Assembly (NCBI GenBank): GCA_964502785.1
Contig: CAZCXW010000006.1
Coordinates: 1-37,660 of the forward strand
Direction: 5' to 3'
Origin: an uncultured Methanosarcinales archaeon
GTDB lineage: Archaea > Nanobdellota > Nanobdellia > Woesearchaeales > GW2011-AR9
Length of the DNA stretch: 37,660 bases
Shown here: positions 35,535-37,660 of the stretch, in pieces
Numbering within the stretch: position 1 is the stretch's first letter
Layout of the letters: each line of letters begins with the position of its first letter
Program-made: the position numbers and the translations under genes
The notes under the pieces: generated by a model
Databases searched by the model: none
What the model was told of the DNA's origin: nothing
What the model saw: only the letters and a program-made list of their open reading frames with translations

Positions 35535-36164
35535 ATGGTGAAATCTTTACTTCAAGACTGGCTCGAAGATTCATATCTGAAAACAAAACCAGAAACATTA
35601 CAGCAAACATTCCATTCAGCTCAACCTTTTCCTCATCTTGTGTTGGCTGATTTCTTCAAAAAAGAAAAGATCATTCTCGTCCTTAAAGCTTTGGCGCAAG
35701 AAAAGTTTATCCTTAAAGACGCGGATTTATTTACTTTCTTGCAAACGGATGATCTCGTGAGCAGTCAAAATAAAACTCTACAAGAGTTTCGTTCTTTCTT
35801 GGCATCAACAGACTTTACTGCGTGGTTATCATCAATCACTGACATCCCCTTAAAATCTCAAAGTATCGACATTGCTGGCACAGTCTATGAAAGTACGCAT
35901 TACCTTCTTCCACACGACGATCAATTGGAAGGAAGAAAAATCGCTTATTTTCTGTATCTTTCAAATCTTACGGAAAAAGAAGGAGGGGCTTTAACTCTGT
36001 ACTCATCTCAAGATAAGCAACCTACAACGATCACAAAAAAAATTATCCCGCAGTTTAACACTTTTTCATTCTTCCAGGTTTCCACGATTTCATTTCATCA
36101 AGTTCAAGAGATTCTGAGCGACACGCAACGCATTACCGTCAGCGGGTGGTTTCATGGAAATTAA
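35535..36164 (+). CDS. OGFOD1/Tpa1/Ofd1-like 2OG-Fe(II) prolyl hydroxylase, catalytic DSBH domain
   Basis: ADLFTFLQTDDL, LLPHDDQLEGRKIAYFLYL (HxD, His at 35913-35915), GGALTLY, SFHQVQEI (distal His) and RITVSGWFHG. Confidence 0.75.
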   Translation: MVKSLLQDWLEDSYLKTKPETLQQTFHSAQPFPHLVLADFFKKEKIILVLKALAQEKFILKDADLFTFLQTDDLVSSQNKTLQEFRSFLASTDFTAWLSSITDIPLKSQSIDIAGTVYESTHYLLPHDDQLEGRKIAYFLYLSNLTEKEGGALTLYSSQDKQPTTITKKIIPQFNTFSFFQVSTISFHQVQEILSDTQRITVSGWFHGN

Positions 36165-36726
36165 TTCCACTTATTTACAACCTAAAATTAGAATGAATAT
36201 CCAGAAGAGTTTTCATCTACTGAAAGATCTTCCTTCGGTAGCGCTTTTTGATTTCTGGGAACCTCTTTTTTATACCAAATTTCAACAACAAATTAAGACT
36301 CTAGATTTTCAACAGGAAAAAATCATTTTATCTCATTCCTTTGCTGAAGCTAAGTCTTTCTCTCCGATGCAAGAAACTTTTGATAAGAAAGATTTTCTCG
36401 AGTTTTTATCTTTAATTTTAAGTAAAAAAATAAAAAATATTGCTCCGCAAATTCTATCATTCCAGCATCGCGATTATACTATCCTTAATGACGCAACTGA
36501 AGAAAGAGCAGGAATCGATTTAATTTTTAATCTTGCTGATAACTGGAATGACGACTGGGGTGGTTATGTTGTTTATGCCACCGGGGATGGGGATTATATT
36601 CCTATAACTACAAAAGGAAATACTTTAACCATCATTTCCAGAAAAAAAGGAATAAACAAATTTGTCAAATATGTTAATCATAAAGCAGGAAAAGAAAAAA
36701 TGTATTTTGTAATGATTACTGTTTAG
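36154..36726 (+). CDS. OGFOD1/Ofd1 C-terminal degenerate DSBH domain (Ofd1_CTDD-like) as a separate ORF
   Basis: FQHRDYTILND, GIDLIFNL, WGGYVVYA and NTLTIISRKKGINKFVKYVNH parallel the C-terminal domain of OGFOD1 as I recall it. It overlaps the upstream ORF by 11 nt in the +1 frame. Confidence 0.65.
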   Translation: MEINSTYLQPKIRMNIQKSFHLLKDLPSVALFDFWEPLFYTKFQQQIKTLDFQQEKIILSHSFAEAKSFSPMQETFDKKDFLEFLSLILSKKIKNIAPQILSFQHRDYTILNDATEERAGIDLIFNLADNWNDDWGGYVVYATGDGDYIPITTKGNTLTIISRKKGINKFVKYVNHKAGKEKMYFVMITV

Positions 36727-36778
36727 CTAAAATCAGTACATATGCTGAAAAACATAAACATCTAAGAAAACCACCTAT

Positions 36779-37660
36779 TCATGATCTCCCAAGATAAGCT
36801 TTTTTCTGGATACCATAAAGTCCTTCAAACATATCAATGAGTTTCTGTTGATCATATTCTCTAAATAATTTACTTACTCCTGATCCATCTTGGAATTTCT
36901 CTTTTGATGTGCCTTGAATGAAAATGTTTAACCCTTCGCCTTTAAACATTGCTCCAACAAGATGTTGTTTAATCGTGTCATAACTTGTTGTATGTGGGAT
37001 TCTTGTCATTACTCTGGCAACATCTCTATTAAAGTACGGAGCTTCTAATCTTAATCCATAATGAGCAAATATTTTCCCCATTCTCGCAATAGCGTGTTTT
37101 GGTAGCCCCCCTCTTCCTAATTGCCTATCAATTTTCTTTAATCCAAATGTTAATGCTTCTCTAAAGTTAATGTCTCCCTTATCTTCGGTAGGATAGCCTG
37201 AATCACGAGGATTATAGCCATAGTCGTTAATCATTTCATTTGGTCCTTCTCCACAGAAAACTGTTTTTATTCCTTCAGCTGTAATAGCTTGACCTATCAA
37301 ATACATTGCAGCAGCACAAAATAAGTTATCTTTCTTAGGATTTCCGCTTATTTTTAATGATTCAAGTATAACCTCATCTAAATTTATACCATCTGCAATT
37401 TTCTTCATATAAAGTAAATTATTTGTAGGCTTATATCTTTGTAGCGTAATAGATAAACCAGAATCATCTTGATCTATTTTAACTTCTGATAAATCAATGT
37501 TGAATCTTTTAGCGAGTTCCCTGCTTTTTACAACATCTTGGTCATTTTCATCAACTTTCAATGTAAATGCAGTAACTTTCCTATCTTTAGCTCTTGAAAG
37601 TAAATATCCTACACTCATACTATCCAATCCACCTGAAAGAAGTAATCCAACTTCAGAATC
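36779..37660 (-). CDS. asparagine synthase-like PP-loop ATPase domain protein (5' end beyond window)
   Basis: The frame stays open to the window edge. DSEVGLLLSGGLDSMSVG carries the SGGxDS PP-loop, followed by CGEGPNEMINDYGY. Confidence 0.7.
   Translation of the reverse strand, partial: DSEVGLLLSGGLDSMSVGYLLSRAKDRKVTAFTLKVDENDQDVVKSRELAKRFNIDLSEVKIDQDDSGLSITLQRYKPTNNLLYMKKIADGINLDEVILESLKISGNPKKDNLFCAAAMYLIGQAITAEGIKTVFCGEGPNEMINDYGYNPRDSGYPTEDKGDINFREALTFGLKKIDRQLGRGGLPKHAIARMGKIFAHYGLRLEAPYFNRDVARVMTRIPHTTSYDTIKQHLVGAMFKGEGLNIFIQGTSKEKFQDGSGVSKLFREYDQQKLIDMFEGLYGIQKKAYLGRS

Noticed and set aside
36154-36164. Programmed +1 frameshift joining the two OGFOD1-like ORFs
   Set aside because: The second ORF has its own ATG at the overlap, and the split coincides with the domain boundary. 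A genuine two-gene arrangement or a simple indel is more parsimonious, and I cannot distinguish these without reads.

Overview
Low-GC archaeal chromosomal segment. The SecE-Spt5 pair, CDC48, a tRNA with a canonical 37/38 intron and compact overlapping genes suggest a small-genome DPANN-type archaeon; this is inference, since no search was possible. I support about 45 protein genes. Housekeeping genes are secE-spt5, a type IA topoisomerase, CDC48, a family-4 UDG and tRNA-Arg(UCG). Envelope and ion-homeostasis genes are an M50 site-2 protease, a GDT1/UPF0016 transporter, a Fur-family regulator divergent from a ZIP transporter with a Fur-box-like palindrome, a P-type Ca-ATPase, an SppA plus giant S8 subtilase operon and an A24 prepilin peptidase. 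There are also small accessory or decayed patches: a RelE-like TA pair at the left edge, an RNase H-like gene remnant, a frameshifted JAB/MPN gene, a homopolymer-frameshifted ORF and a half-length QNG1 gene. No rRNA, CRISPR array, transposase or integrase was seen. Five things look most worth follow-up. (1) A family of hairpin-rich intergenic repeats with at least four substantial copies plus fragments, including an 88-nt three-way-junction element ending in a T5 tract. (2) A two-ORF homolog of the eukaryotic OGFOD1/Tpa1 ribosomal prolyl hydroxylase, with both DSBH domains. (3) Three neighbouring proteins with Pro-rich/basic C-terminal tails directly upstream of CDC48. (4) Tandem paralogs of unknown function downstream of the SppA-subtilase operon. 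(5) Very stable nested hairpins between convergent genes.
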